Part shown: positions 9,544 to 20,053 of the stretch, one piece after another | Layout of the letters: each line of letters starts with the position of its first letter | How positions within the stretch are numbered: the stretch's first letter is position 1 | Source: Gammaproteobacteria bacterium | GTDB lineage: Bacteria; Pseudomonadota; Gammaproteobacteria; Eutrophobiales; Eutrophobiaceae | Direction of reading: 5' to 3' | NCBI GenBank assembly: GCA_965238225.1 | Contig: OZ250183.1 | Span: 224,001-288,000 of the forward strand | DNA length: 64,000 bases | Position numbers and translations under genes: made by a program | Notes under the pieces: generated by a model | Seen by the model: the letters and a program-made list of their open reading frames with translations, nothing else | What the model was told of the DNA's origin: nothing | Databases searched by the model: none

Positions 9544-10278
9544 CTATTTTACCCGCTTAACATTAAGAATCAGATAAATCACAAATATTGCCACTGCCAT
9601 GCCAAACCACTGAAAGGCATAGCCTAAGTGTTTTTCTTCTCCGTATCCTGGCGCTTTCCATTGCCGCTCAAACCCTGCTGGCGATTTGTGATCCAGCCTT
9701 ACGATATATGGCAAAAGCTTAAGGCTTGACAGCTCCTCTATGGCCTCTAGTTCCAGTTTTTGCACACGGATTATTCCCTCGCCGAGGTGCTGCATAATAT
9801 TTTCTGCTAACAGTATCCCTGTTTTTGGTGGTGATTTAACACTACCTGTGATTTGCAATACACCTTCTTTTGCTTTTGTATCAGGAGAATTGTCACGGCT
9901 ATTGCCAAGCGGCAGCCAACCTCGGTTTATCAACACCCACACATCCAGCTCTTTTAACTTAAATGGTGTATAAATAAAATAGCCTGCCACACCACGCTTT
10001 ACCTGATTGTCTAATAAAATGTTAATTTCTCTGGAAAACACCCCGTCAATAATAACCTTACGCCAATGTAATTCATCGAAATTATTCCGCAAAGCGTTTT
10101 CCTTGTTCAAATTAATTTCGTGCGCGCTTTGACTCGCTTCAAATTTATGATACAAGGTGCGCTTTTGTTCTGCCCTGTCCAACTGCCAAAACCCCAAATA
10201 GAAGAATAGAGGCGACACTAGGAAAACAGCTAATGTTGGCCACAAGCTCGGATTGAACTGCCAAGATACAATGCGCAT
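9544..10278 (-). CDS. SURF1 family cytochrome oxidase assembly protein
   Basis: LGFWQLDRAEQK, LLDNQ, VLINRGW, HLGYAFQWF motifs. Confidence 0.96.
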   Translation of the reverse strand: MRIVSWQFNPSLWPTLAVFLVSPLFFYLGFWQLDRAEQKRTLYHKFEASQSAHEINLNKENALRNNFDELHWRKVIIDGVFSREINILLDNQVKRGVAGYFIYTPFKLKELDVWVLINRGWLPLGNSRDNSPDTKAKEGVLQITGSVKSPPKTGILLAENIMQHLGEGIIRVQKLELEAIEELSSLKLLPYIVRLDHKSPAGFERQWKAPGYGEEKHLGYAFQWFGMAVAIFVIYLILNVKRVK

Positions 10279-10367
10279 TTAGACGTAGCCCCTGAGTAAT
10301 GTTGGTGTATGAATCGTAACACTAGGAAAGGTATACTCTCGCTTCACAAACAAGTTATATAATAAAA

Positions 10368-10622
10368 ATGACCAGCGCCCTCATTTTCAAAATTATTGTC
10401 GTGCTGTTACTGCTTGCAGTGCTTGTCAGTCTTGCTTCGGCTATGTTTTTTCTTGTTCACGACAAGGACAAACAAGTCCGCACTGTAAAATCACTCACCA
10501 TAAGAATCGCTCTATCAATTACACTGTTTTTGATGTTGATCGTCGGTTACTGCACAGGATTGATACAACCACATGGAATTAATCCCGAACCCCCTAAAAC
10601 AGAAAAGATACCAACAAAGTAG
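10368..10622 (+). CDS. Twin transmembrane helix small protein (DUF2909-like)
   Basis: SLASAMFFLVHD...RTVKSLTIRIALS...GLIQPH; opposite strand between coxC and SURF1, its usual position. Confidence 0.88.
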   Translation: MTSALIFKIIVVLLLLAVLVSLASAMFFLVHDKDKQVRTVKSLTIRIALSITLFLMLIVGYCTGLIQPHGINPEPPKTEKIPTK

Positions 10623-10698
10623 CGTCTTTTTATTCATTGCTTTTGTATTTTATTAAGGATTATTCATAAAGAGGTCTATTAAAAATCAGGCCTGCTGC

Positions 10699-11580
10699 TT
10701 ACAACCAATAAACAAACACAAAAAGCACCAGCCAGACAACATCGACAAAGTGCCAATACCAAGCAACCGCTTCAAAGGCAAAGTGATTGTGCTCTGTAAA
10801 ATGACCTTTCATTGAGCGGATTAATATGACCGTCAACATGGTCGCACCCATGGTAACGTGGAAACCATGAAACCCCGTCAGCATATAAAAGGTTGATCCA
10901 TAAATCCCTGAGCCCAGCTTCAAGTTAAGCTCAGTATAGGCGTGATGGTATTCGCCTGCCTGAAAATAGACAAAGGTAAAGCCAAGCAAAACAGTTGCAA
11001 ACAACCACCAGCAAAGCGCCCTATTATCGTTCTTCTTCAATGCCCAATGTGCGAAAGTAACAGTCGCGCCACTGGATAGTAATATGGCAGTGTTCAGAGC
11101 AGGTATGCCCCATGCGGGGATGGTTTCATAAAACAGAGAGTCAATAAAAGCACTTTTATCCGGGATGGTTAGAATCGGCCAATCCATTACAAAGTCAGGC
11201 CATAAAAATACATGTGTTGCCAGCTTAGCGCCTTCACCAGACAACCAAGGTACAGATAATTGACGCGCATAAAACAAGGCGCCGAAAAAGACAGCGAAAA
11301 ACATCACTTCTGAAAAGATAAACCAGCTCATGCCCCAACGAAAACTGACATCGACCTGTTTGTTGTAGCGACCCTGTAAACTCTCCCTAATAACCTCAGC
11401 GAACCAGCCTGCAAACATATAAGCAACTACAGCGATGCCAATACCTAAAATAAAAGTGCCAAACCCTGAGCCATTCAACATGATGGCTCCACCAACGAAT
11501 GACAAAAACAATGCGATTGAACCAACCAAAGGCCAGCGGCTTGGGTCAGGTATGAAGTAAGTGTTGCTCGAATCGGACAT
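10699..11580 (-). CDS. coxC: Cytochrome c oxidase subunit III
   Basis: WFIFSEVMFF, TGFHGFHV, WYWHFVDVVW. Confidence 0.97.
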   Translation of the reverse strand: MSDSSNTYFIPDPSRWPLVGSIALFLSFVGGAIMLNGSGFGTFILGIGIAVVAYMFAGWFAEVIRESLQGRYNKQVDVSFRWGMSWFIFSEVMFFAVFFGALFYARQLSVPWLSGEGAKLATHVFLWPDFVMDWPILTIPDKSAFIDSLFYETIPAWGIPALNTAILLSSGATVTFAHWALKKNDNRALCWWLFATVLLGFTFVYFQAGEYHHAYTELNLKLGSGIYGSTFYMLTGFHGFHVTMGATMLTVILIRSMKGHFTEHNHFAFEAVAWYWHFVDVVWLVLFVFVYWL

Positions 11581-11627
11581 AACTTCTTTTTCTCGTTTAT
11601 TATCTAATGCTTAAATTTAAAATTATT

Positions 11628-12200
11628 TCAAATAGCGGTTTCTAAAACAGCAAATGAAGATGTTCGGGCAGTATGTTTGAGTTCCTGTTCCTGTGCGGCA
11701 AAAAATGTATACGATAAAGTGAGCGTTGAAATCTTTTTCGGCAAATCTGTTGCCACAACAAAACGGACAAGCATTTCTTTTTGCTCGTTGGCAGCCAATG
11801 TTTGTCGGCTAAAGCAAAAGCATTCTGTCTTATTAAAAAACAGAGAGGCCTGTGCTGGCGCTACGCTTGGTACTGCCTGGCCTGTCACCGCAACAGCAGA
11901 GGTGTTGACCGCAATAAACACTGCCTCTGTAAGCTCCCCAGGGTGTACTAGCAATTTTTTATCCACGGCCTCAAACTTCCACGGCAATTCGCTGTTTACA
12001 TTAGTATCAAGCTGAACTGTAACCGTACGATCACGGTCAATCACCAGCTCATTAACAACCTCGACCGTTATCTCTCCGGTTTTGCCGTTTAACCCGGTAA
12101 CTTCGCAAAACACATCATAAAGCGGCACCAAGGCATAACCAAAACCAAACATGGCGACCGCAAAAACCGCTAGTTTTGCGCTTATGTTGCTACCTATCAT
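11628..12200 (-). CDS. ctaG: Cytochrome c oxidase assembly protein CtaG/Cox11
   Basis: VPLYDVFCEVTGLNGKT, KTECFCF, TLSYTFF. Confidence 0.96.
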   Translation of the reverse strand: MIGSNISAKLAVFAVAMFGFGYALVPLYDVFCEVTGLNGKTGEITVEVVNELVIDRDRTVTVQLDTNVNSELPWKFEAVDKKLLVHPGELTEAVFIAVNTSAVAVTGQAVPSVAPAQASLFFNKTECFCFSRQTLAANEQKEMLVRFVVATDLPKKISTLTLSYTFFAAQEQELKHTARTSSFAVLETAI

Positions 12201-12322
12201 TTGAAGTAATACCAGATAAACCCAGCGTAAACGCCTAAAGCCACCAAGCTTAAAAAAACAGCCAGCTTGATATTAGCGGCAGCTCTAGCTTTTACTAATT
12301 TGTCTTCGTTTTTCTCAACCAT
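12197..12322 (-). CDS. Small (41 aa) single-TM protein between coxA and ctaG, putative oxidase small assembly protein
   Basis: Manual translation MVEKNEDKLVKARAAANIKLAVFLSLVALGVYAGFIWYYFK; its TGA overlaps the ctaG ATG (ATGA). Below the ORF-track cut-off. Confidence 0.75.
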   Translation of the reverse strand: MVEKNEDKLVKARAAANIKLAVFLSLVALGVYAGFIWYYFK

Positions 12323-12352
12323 AATTACCCTTAAGCCTCAATACACAAGCTC

Positions 12353-13945
12353 CTAAGAATGAGCCGTTGCTTCTGTCACTTGAGGAGGTGTTGTAAATGA
12401 ATGAAACGGAGGAGGCGATGGCAAAGTCCATTCCAGACCTTGCGCCCCTTCCCACACTTGAGACGTCACCTTTTCTCCGCCACGGATACACTGAACGACG
12501 ACGACGACAAATAGCAACTGCGACAGTCCGAACACAAAACCGCCGATACTGGAAACCATATTCCAGTCAGCAAACTGCACACTGTAATCCGGGATTCGAC
12601 GCGGCATACCAGCAAGCCCTAAAAAGTGCTGCGGAAAAAATAGAACATTCACAGAAACAGCAGACAGCCAAAAATGCCATTTACCCAAGGTCTCATTGTA
12701 CATATGCCCAGTCCATTTTGGTAACCAGTAATAAGCGGCGGCGAGCAGAGCAAAAACTGCGCCCGGCACCAGCACATAATGGAAATGCGCAACAATGAAG
12801 TAAGTGTCATGGTATTGAAAATCAACCGGGGTTACGCCCATCATAAGACCAGTAAAGCCACCTATAGTAAAAAGGACAATAAAAGCCAGCGAGAATAACA
12901 TTGGTGTCTCGAAGGTCATGGAACCCCTCCATAGGGTCGCTATCCAGTTAAATATCTTAACACCCGTAGGCACTGCAATAGACATGGTGGCATACATAAA
13001 GTAAAGCTCACCAGCGAGCGGCATGCCAACAGTAAACATGTGGTGCGCCCAAACAAAAAAGGACAAAAATGCGATTGCTGCCGTTGCGTAAACCATTGAT
13101 ACGTAGCCAAAAAGTGGTTTTCGGGCAAAGGTAGGCAATACCTGCGAGACAATGCCAAAGGCGGGCAAAATTAGAATATAAACTTCAGGATGGCCAAAAA
13201 ACCAAAACACGTGCTGGAACATCACCGGGTCGCCACCGCCTGCCGCACTAAAGAAGCTGGTGGCAAAGAATTTATCTGTCAGTAACATAGTCACCGCGCC
13301 AGCAAAAACAGGCATGGCGGCAATCAATAGAAATGCGGTGATGATCCATGTCCAGACAAACAAGGGCAGTCTCATAAACGTCATGCCCGGTGCACGCATA
13401 TTAAACACTGTCGCGATAATATTGATGGCACCCATGATAGATGAGATGCCGAGGAAATGAACAGTAAAGATCAGAAAAGGAAAACCATCGCCTAGCTGTA
13501 AAACAAGCGGGGGATACATAGTCCAACCACCGGCAGGTGCACCACCTTCCATAAACAGGGTAGACAACAACAAGGCAAAGGCAAACGGCAATATCCAGAA
13601 ACTCATATTATTCATACGCGGGAGCGCCATATCCGGTGCGCCTATCATCATGGGAATTAACCAGTTAGCTAAACCCACGCCTGCAGGCATCACCGCACCA
13701 AATATCATAACCAAGGCGTGTACTGTGGTCATTTGATTGAAAAAATGCGGATTAACAAATTGTAGCCCAGGCTGAAAAAGCTCAGCACGTATTACCAAAG
13801 CCATGGCTCCACCGATAAAAAACATTATCAAGGCAAACACTAGATACATGGTGCCAATATCCTTATGGCTGGTAGAAAACAACCAACGGCCTATGCCTGT
13901 TGGTTTGTGATCGTGATGATCACCGTAGACAGTTGTTTCGCTCAT
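12353..13945 (-). CDS. coxA: Cytochrome c oxidase subunit I (A1 type)
   Basis: HKDIG, FFGHPEVYI, WAHHMF, AHFHY, GMPRR. Confidence 0.98.
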   Translation of the reverse strand: MSETTVYGDHHDHKPTGIGRWLFSTSHKDIGTMYLVFALIMFFIGGAMALVIRAELFQPGLQFVNPHFFNQMTTVHALVMIFGAVMPAGVGLANWLIPMMIGAPDMALPRMNNMSFWILPFAFALLLSTLFMEGGAPAGGWTMYPPLVLQLGDGFPFLIFTVHFLGISSIMGAINIIATVFNMRAPGMTFMRLPLFVWTWIITAFLLIAAMPVFAGAVTMLLTDKFFATSFFSAAGGGDPVMFQHVFWFFGHPEVYILILPAFGIVSQVLPTFARKPLFGYVSMVYATAAIAFLSFFVWAHHMFTVGMPLAGELYFMYATMSIAVPTGVKIFNWIATLWRGSMTFETPMLFSLAFIVLFTIGGFTGLMMGVTPVDFQYHDTYFIVAHFHYVLVPGAVFALLAAAYYWLPKWTGHMYNETLGKWHFWLSAVSVNVLFFPQHFLGLAGMPRRIPDYSVQFADWNMVSSIGGFVFGLSQLLFVVVVVQCIRGGEKVTSQVWEGAQGLEWTLPSPPPFHSFTTPPQVTEATAHS

Positions 13946-14024
13946 GTATCTATCCTCTAGATATGCTCTCTTTTAAGATATTATGATTCTTAATATTAAT
14001 TAAATTTATTGGCGTGCCTTTTCG

Positions 14025-15158
14025 CTAACGTGCAGCTTTAACATCAGCTGGCTGCACAACATCGGCTGTTGCATTCCCCCAAGCGTTCCTCTCATAGGTA
14101 ATAGCCGCTGCAATATCTGCATCAGACAATTGGGAAGCAAATACTGGCATCAGATTTTTACCAGTAAGTACCAACTTAACATGATCTGTCGCTGGCCCTT
14201 GCACAATAACGCTGCTATCTAACGGTGGAAACGGACCGGTGCCTTTACCATCAACCATGTGACAGGCTGCACAGTTAGCGTCATAGACCTCTTTTCCATG
14301 CACCATTAATTCATCCTTTGTCCATTCTCTGTCCGAGCTAGCAAGGGCATCTATTTGTGCCTGCTTGGTATCAGCAAGCCAAATACGATAATCTTCCTGT
14401 GACACTGCCTCTATAACAATCGGCATAAAGCCATGGTCTTTGCCGCACAGCTCAGCGCACTGGCCACGATATGTGCCTGTTTTTTCAATGTTGATCCAGT
14501 TGTCATTGATAAACCCAGGGATAGCATCGCGTTTCCAACCTAGATCAGGCACCCACCAAGCATGGATAACGTCATTGGCGGTGGTCAAAATCCGGATTTT
14601 TGTGTTTATTGGCAAAACCACAGGTCTGTCGACCTCCAATAGATAGTTATCAACGCTGGCAGGATCAATGCCAGAGTTCTTTTGCCTAGCCTCGTTACTG
14701 GATTTTGCTAGGTTGCTAAAGAAACTTAGGTTGTCTTCAATGTAGTCATATTTCCATTTCCACTGATAACCAGTAACTTTTAATGTCATCTCCGCATCAC
14801 CTGTTTGCTCCATGCGCACCAAAGTCTTGGTCGCAGGAACTGCGATAGCAACCAAAATCAAAATAGGGATAATCGTCCAAGTGATTTCGACAAAAGTGCT
14901 GTGGTGAAATTGTGCGGCAACCGCACCCTTTGATTTTCTATGATGGAAAATAGACCAAGCCATAACACCAAACACGATAATTCCTATAACCGTGACGATC
15001 CAAAGGATTATCATGTGCAGGTCATACACCTCGTGGCTAATTGGTGTCACACCCTCTCTCAGATTCAACGTCCAATCAGATGAGGCTGCCATTGGCAACA
15101 GAAACAATGTTGCGGCAAACACGCTCATTATAATTTTTCTTATACTTTTAAAATGCAT
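14025..15158 (-). CDS. coxB: Cytochrome c oxidase subunit II with fused C-terminal cytochrome c (caa3 type)
   Basis: CuA ligands DVIHAW and CAELCGKDHGFM plus CAACH heme motif. Start uncertain (track gives 15191; ATG at 15158 chosen). Confidence 0.96.
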   Translation of the reverse strand: MHFKSIRKIIMSVFAATLFLLPMAASSDWTLNLREGVTPISHEVYDLHMIILWIVTVIGIIVFGVMAWSIFHHRKSKGAVAAQFHHSTFVEITWTIIPILILVAIAVPATKTLVRMEQTGDAEMTLKVTGYQWKWKYDYIEDNLSFFSNLAKSSNEARQKNSGIDPASVDNYLLEVDRPVVLPINTKIRILTTANDVIHAWWVPDLGWKRDAIPGFINDNWINIEKTGTYRGQCAELCGKDHGFMPIVIEAVSQEDYRIWLADTKQAQIDALASSDREWTKDELMVHGKEVYDANCAACHMVDGKGTGPFPPLDSSVIVQGPATDHVKLVLTGKNLMPVFASQLSDADIAAAITYERNAWGNATADVVQPADVKAAR

Positions 15159-15378
15159 GAGGCGTTCTCTAAGCACAATGTATATGAACAATATAAATTT
15201 CTAACTTAATTTCCTTCAGCTTTTAATGCTTCTGGTTTTTTGCTGCGCTTAGGCTCGCCTAGTCGCGCTCAAACCAATCAACAATACGCCCTATTTCAGG
15301 ATCTTCTGGCAAATCTTTATGGGCGATCACCCTAAACCACCGACTCTACCTCGTTGTGTGTTTTTGCGCAAGACGGAT

Positions 15379-16053
15379 CTATATCAAAGACTGGCTGACA
15401 AGCTGAGCGGCAGCATGGTCTATATTAAAGCGGTTCATATAAGGCAAACGGCCTAAAAGCGGTGCACCAACTCGTGCCTCCAACGTAGCTATGGTCTCAT
15501 CAACACAAATATAATCTGGATCAAGTTGGTTGCTTATCCAACCGTGAAGTTTGGTCGATGTCGCCCCAATTGCCTTCGCTGTAGACAATGCATGGTTAAT
15601 ACAACCCAAACGCAAGCCGACCACGAGTATCACTTTCAGATCTAAGCGCGCAACAATATCTGCCAACATGGTGTGTGCTGCCAAAGGAACGCTCCAGCCT
15701 CCAACACCTTCTACCACAACACTGTCAACGTTTTTTTTCAATGTGTAGAATTCACGCGCTATCTTTTCGATATCAATCACTACCCCCGCCATTGCAGCTG
15801 CAATATGTGGTGCGATTGCTTGTTCAAATGCGTAAGGGTTAACGGTTTTATAATTCAAGATCTGACTTGACTGTTTAAGAATTCTAACAGCATCGTCATT
15901 ACGCAGTCCTTTGGTGGTTTTCTGGCAACCGCTTGACACAGGCTTCATGCCAACAATGACCCTCCCCTTGTTTTGCATTGACCGCATCAACGCCAACGCT
16001 GCCCAAGTTTTGCCTACGCCTGTATCTGTTCCGGTAATAAAACAATCTGACAT
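15379..16053 (-). CDS. bioD: Dethiobiotin synthase
   Basis: FITGTDTGVGKT, VEGVGG, LGCINHA. Confidence 0.97.
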   Translation of the reverse strand: MSDCFITGTDTGVGKTWAALALMRSMQNKGRVIVGMKPVSSGCQKTTKGLRNDDAVRILKQSSQILNYKTVNPYAFEQAIAPHIAAAMAGVVIDIEKIAREFYTLKKNVDSVVVEGVGGWSVPLAAHTMLADIVARLDLKVILVVGLRLGCINHALSTAKAIGATSTKLHGWISNQLDPDYICVDETIATLEARVGAPLLGRLPYMNRFNIDHAAAQLVSQSLI

Positions 16054-16055
16054 TT

Positions 16056-16919
16056 CTAATTTTTAATCTTCAGCGAAGAGACCGGGAAATAAGATTCATT
16101 AGGCAAGCTATCAGACTGGGTTTCTTGCAGTGGTACCCATGCATGGCCATAAACAACTTCATAAGTTGCGGGCAATCGTCCTTTGATACGATATTTTTCA
16201 TAAGCGGATTCCAAGCTTTTGATTTTTTTTTTACCAGTCAACCCCTTTAATCGATCATTGTCAACATTGCTTGCGCCTAGAGTTTTTAAATGTTTCATAA
16301 GAGAAAAACAATCTTCGTGCGTCAAGGTGATGTGCTCTACATCCACCACCGGCTCAACAAAACCCGCCCGCATTAAGGCATCACCAATGTCGTGCATATC
16401 AATGAATGTATTCACATGAACATCATCATCTACCACAGCCCAGCTAGAGCGTAGCTCTTTTAAGGTGTCAGGACCCAGAGTCGAGAATAGAAAAAGGCCT
16501 TGTTTTTTTAATGCGCTTTTAATGTGCATGAAAACTGCATCAAGATCATTACACCATTGCAACATCAGGCTTGAAAAAATTAATTCCGCAGAATTTTTTT
16601 TTAGCGGCAAGTTTTCGGCGTCACCACAAACATAATATTGCTTTGAAAAAAAGCGTGAGGCGTTATACCTAGACTGACTCAACATTTCCAAAGACAAATC
16701 AAGCTGCAGAACCTGTGCGCCTTTATACTTCTTCGCTAACTGCCTCGCAGCACCCCCTAACCCTGACCCAACATCAAAAATTATTTTTGGTGATATGTTT
16801 ACAAGCCCCAGTCTTTCTATCAATCGCTCGGCAACTGTCCTTTGCAACAGCGCATGATCTGCATAATGCTGCGCAGACTTACTAAAATTCACAAGCACTT
16901 TATTTTTATTAATAATCAT
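16056..16919 (-). CDS. bioC: Malonyl-ACP O-methyltransferase
   Basis: DVGSGLG, GPDTLKELR, FIDMHDIGD, PATYEVVYGHAW. Confidence 0.95.
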   Translation of the reverse strand: MIINKNKVLVNFSKSAQHYADHALLQRTVAERLIERLGLVNISPKIIFDVGSGLGGAARQLAKKYKGAQVLQLDLSLEMLSQSRYNASRFFSKQYYVCGDAENLPLKKNSAELIFSSLMLQWCNDLDAVFMHIKSALKKQGLFLFSTLGPDTLKELRSSWAVVDDDVHVNTFIDMHDIGDALMRAGFVEPVVDVEHITLTHEDCFSLMKHLKTLGASNVDNDRLKGLTGKKKIKSLESAYEKYRIKGRLPATYEVVYGHAWVPLQETQSDSLPNESYFPVSSLKIKN

Positions 16920-16940
16920 TGGTGTAAGAGAACACGAGAC

Positions 16941-17738
16941 TTATAAAAACCCAGCCGTGAGTTTCAGCAGGGCGGCGGCTGTTTCCCGAGGACGCGACAA
17001 AAATGGAGTGTGCCCAACTCCAGAAATCTCGACTGTGTCAATATCTGGTCGTAATTCTTGAATTGCGCTAGCGCTTTCGCGTTTAACCAAAATATCGTTT
17101 TCGCCAAAGATTATACCCACGGGGCAACCCAGCTTTATCAGGGTTTGGCGCAAATCTTCATCTCTTAATATTTCCAGACCGGACAGGAGTGTTTTTTGTT
17201 CTGGCACGTTGCTTACAAGGCATTCGTTGAGTTTGTTTATTGTCTGCTTAGGGTGTGCTTCGCCCATGGCGGCAAGGACAGTGAACATTTGCAACGTTTT
17301 AATTTTATCTTTACCAAGCTGGTTAAACAGTTTGTTGAAATTTGACGGCGCAATACCGTGCTGCCAATCTTTTTTATTCAAAAAACACGGGCTGCTTGCA
17401 AGCAATACCAACGCCTTAAGATCGTCTCTCCTGCATACTAGCTTCATTGCCACCATTCCTCCCAATGACCACGCGAGAATGATGGCATTTTTAGGTACGT
17501 TTAAAGTGATGCTATTCGCTGCCTTATCGATATTTGTTTTATTGATGTCCGCTTGCTCGATCCGTCTGGCTTTATTAAAGATCGACTCATCTTTAATTGC
17601 AGGGCTTCCATAACCAGGCAAATCAATACACGTCACTCTCCATTGAGCTTCGAGGTATGGAATAAAATTTTTCCAAACTCGACTACCGAACCCCCAGCCA
17701 TGTATCAATACCAAATCCCTAATTTCTTTTTGTATCAC
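16941..17738 (-). CDS. bioH: Pimeloyl-ACP methyl ester esterase
   Basis: LIHGWG, DLPGYG, AWSLGG nucleophile elbow, GHTPFLS; within the bio operon. Confidence 0.92.
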   Translation of the reverse strand: MIQKEIRDLVLIHGWGFGSRVWKNFIPYLEAQWRVTCIDLPGYGSPAIKDESIFNKARRIEQADINKTNIDKAANSITLNVPKNAIILAWSLGGMVAMKLVCRRDDLKALVLLASSPCFLNKKDWQHGIAPSNFNKLFNQLGKDKIKTLQMFTVLAAMGEAHPKQTINKLNECLVSNVPEQKTLLSGLEILRDEDLRQTLIKLGCPVGIIFGENDILVKRESASAIQELRPDIDTVEISGVGHTPFLSRPRETAAALLKLTAGFL

Positions 17739-18967
17739 GACAGCCTGCTCAATGTTTCCAACAGACGGTCAATTTGCGCTTCCGTGTGTTCGGCTGTTAA
17801 TGTGATTCTTAACCGTGCGCTGCCTTCTGGTACTGTGGGCGGTCTAATTGCAGTGACAAAAAACCCTGCGTCAAATAATTTATCACTGATACATACCGCT
17901 TTTTTTGAATCCCCAACCATAAATGGCTGAATAGCTGTCACAGAAGGAAGGAAGTGCAACCCCAAAACTTCAACCCTAGCACAAAAATATTCTATTAATG
18001 TGTTCAAGGTCTCTCTGCGCCATGATTCATGCTCAAGCACTTTAAGGGCTGTGATCGTTGCACCAGCTATTACAGGCGCTAATGCCGTTGTGTAAATATA
18101 GGTTTTGGCAAACTGTTTCAATGTTTCAATAAATATTTTATCTGCGGCAATAAACGCGCCTGCTGTGCCTAACGCCTTACTAAATGTTGCTACAAGAATG
18201 GGCACGTCCGTTGCTTGCATGTTTTTCTCTTCCAAAAGACCGCCGCCGCTTTTTCCAAGCACACCAAAACCATGTGCATCATCAACCGCAAGCACCGCGT
18301 CATTTTGCTTGCACACTTTAGCTAATTTTTCTATTGGGGCTTTGTCGCCATCCATGCTGAACACAGCGTCAGTAAGGACTAACTTATCTTTAAGGGGCGA
18401 GCTCCTTAGGGCAAAACCCAAAGCGTCGCAATCTGTATGTTTATATCTATGTAGTTTGGCCGCCGATAAGCGCGCTGCATCGATAAGAGAAGTATGCGCC
18501 AGACGATCAAGAAATACGCCATCTGCTCTTTCTGTAAACGTTGTCGCCACAGCCAAGTTAGCCATATATCCGCTTGGAAAAACTAAAGCGGCTTCTCTTC
18601 CGGTTTTCTCAGCAAGTGTTTCTTCAAGCTGCTGGTGCAAATGACTTCTACCACAAACCAATGGCGAGGCACTACTGCCAACACCGAATTTATCTGCGGC
18701 TTCCTTGAGCGCAAAGATAACAGCTTTATGTTTAGACAAACCAAGATAATCATTGCTGCAAAAATTTATTAGAAGATGACTGTCGATCTTAAACAATGAT
18801 CCGGATCGTGAAACAACTGTGTAAGGTCTACGAAAAAGATTTTGTTGTTTGTGGCGTTTAAGTTTTTTCTCTAACTTATGTCTGAAATTATTTTTTTCAG
18901 AATTATTTTTTTTAAGGTTATCCTTTTGGGAATCGTCTTTCTTAAAACTATCAGCATGAACGCTCAT
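17735..18967 (-). CDS. bioF: 8-amino-7-oxononanoate synthase
   Basis: FCSNDYLGL, FSMDGD, DDAHGFG, TFSKA, AIRPPTVP. Confidence 0.97.
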   Translation of the reverse strand: MSVHADSFKKDDSQKDNLKKNNSEKNNFRHKLEKKLKRHKQQNLFRRPYTVVSRSGSLFKIDSHLLINFCSNDYLGLSKHKAVIFALKEAADKFGVGSSASPLVCGRSHLHQQLEETLAEKTGREAALVFPSGYMANLAVATTFTERADGVFLDRLAHTSLIDAARLSAAKLHRYKHTDCDALGFALRSSPLKDKLVLTDAVFSMDGDKAPIEKLAKVCKQNDAVLAVDDAHGFGVLGKSGGGLLEEKNMQATDVPILVATFSKALGTAGAFIAADKIFIETLKQFAKTYIYTTALAPVIAGATITALKVLEHESWRRETLNTLIEYFCARVEVLGLHFLPSVTAIQPFMVGDSKKAVCISDKLFDAGFFVTAIRPPTVPEGSARLRITLTAEHTEAQIDRLLETLSRLS

Positions 18968-19031
18968 TTAAAAATCATTTTCTAAGAGAAGCAGCTCTTA
19001 AAAAAATTGCCCGCCAAAATTGCCCGTATTA

Positions 19032-20006
19032 CTAAGATACATTAATACCCAAACGATTAAATAATTGACGATCTTTTTCAAGCGCCGGATTGTCTGTTGT
19101 TAAAAGTTCTTCACCGTAAAAAATTGAGTTAGCCCCTGCCAAATAACAAAGCGCTTGGTGCTCGTCATTCATTTCCGACCGCCCGGCAGACAAGCGCACC
19201 ATTGCAGACGGCATCATAATCCTTGCCGCAGCTATCATGCGCACCACATCAAAAGGGCTCAGATCTTCTTCATCAGCTAATGGCGTACCTTTAACTTTTA
19301 CCAGTAGATTAATGGGTACGCTCTCTGGATGCTTTTCTAAATTCGCCAAAGTGCACAACATCTCTGCGCGATCGAGCCTGCCTTCGCCCATACCAATGAT
19401 GCCGCCCGAACAAACATTAATACCTGCATCGCGCACCCTTGCCAATGTTTGTAAACGATCTTTGTAGTCTCTGGTGCTAATAATGGTTTCATAAAACGAC
19501 TCTGAGGAATCAAGATTATGATTGTAATAATCAAGCCCTGCCTGTTGTAGTCTTAGCGCTTGATCGTCATCTAACATACCCATGGTAACACAGGTCTCCA
19601 AACCTAAAGACTTAACCGCCTTAACCATATCTAACACCACCTTGAAGTCTTTTTCCCTTGGGCTACGCCATGCTGCGCCCATACAAAACCTGCTCGCCCC
19701 CCTCTGTTTTGCTTGTTCTGCAGCGTCCACCACTTTGTCTAATGACAGCATTGCCTCAGCAGTTACTTCCGTTTGATAACGAACGCTTTGCGGGCAATAA
19801 GCGCAATCCTCAGGACAGCCGCCTTGCTTTATATTTAATAAGGTGCTTAGCTGCACAGTGTTGGCATTAAAATATTGCCGATGAATGGTTTGTGCTTGAA
19901 ACACTAGGTCGTTTAATGGTTGGTGCAACAACAATAAGGCTTCTTCAACCAGCCAATTATGGCGTGCTTCATTGTTTTTCTTTAATGTTTGGGTGTGCTT
20001 AGACAC
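19032..20006 (-). CDS. bioB: Biotin synthase (radical SAM)
   Basis: [29 protein letters not shown]. Confidence 0.98.
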   Translation of the reverse strand: MSKHTQTLKKNNEARHNWLVEEALLLLHQPLNDLVFQAQTIHRQYFNANTVQLSTLLNIKQGGCPEDCAYCPQSVRYQTEVTAEAMLSLDKVVDAAEQAKQRGASRFCMGAAWRSPREKDFKVVLDMVKAVKSLGLETCVTMGMLDDDQALRLQQAGLDYYNHNLDSSESFYETIISTRDYKDRLQTLARVRDAGINVCSGGIIGMGEGRLDRAEMLCTLANLEKHPESVPINLLVKVKGTPLADEEDLSPFDVVRMIAAARIMMPSAMVRLSAGRSEMNDEHQALCYLAGANSIFYGEELLTTDNPALEKDRQLFNRLGINVS

Positions 20007-20053
20007 AAACGTAGTTTTGTCAGTCTTTTGATCAGCTTCCTAGCTGGCCTGTT

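Noticed and set aside
10280-10292. TAGACGTAGCCCC as a third MITE end
   Set aside because: Only the GGGGCT tip matches, there is no partner end, and it coincides with the SURF1 RBS region.
15192-15378. Possible DUF2244 remnant upstream of coxB (PEIGRIVDWFER)
   Set aside because: Similarity limited to a few residues; cannot be distinguished from promoter DNA.
19003-19026. Direct repeat AAAATTGCCCG x2 between bioB and bioF
   Set aside because: A single short duplication with no element between the copies; no function can be supported.
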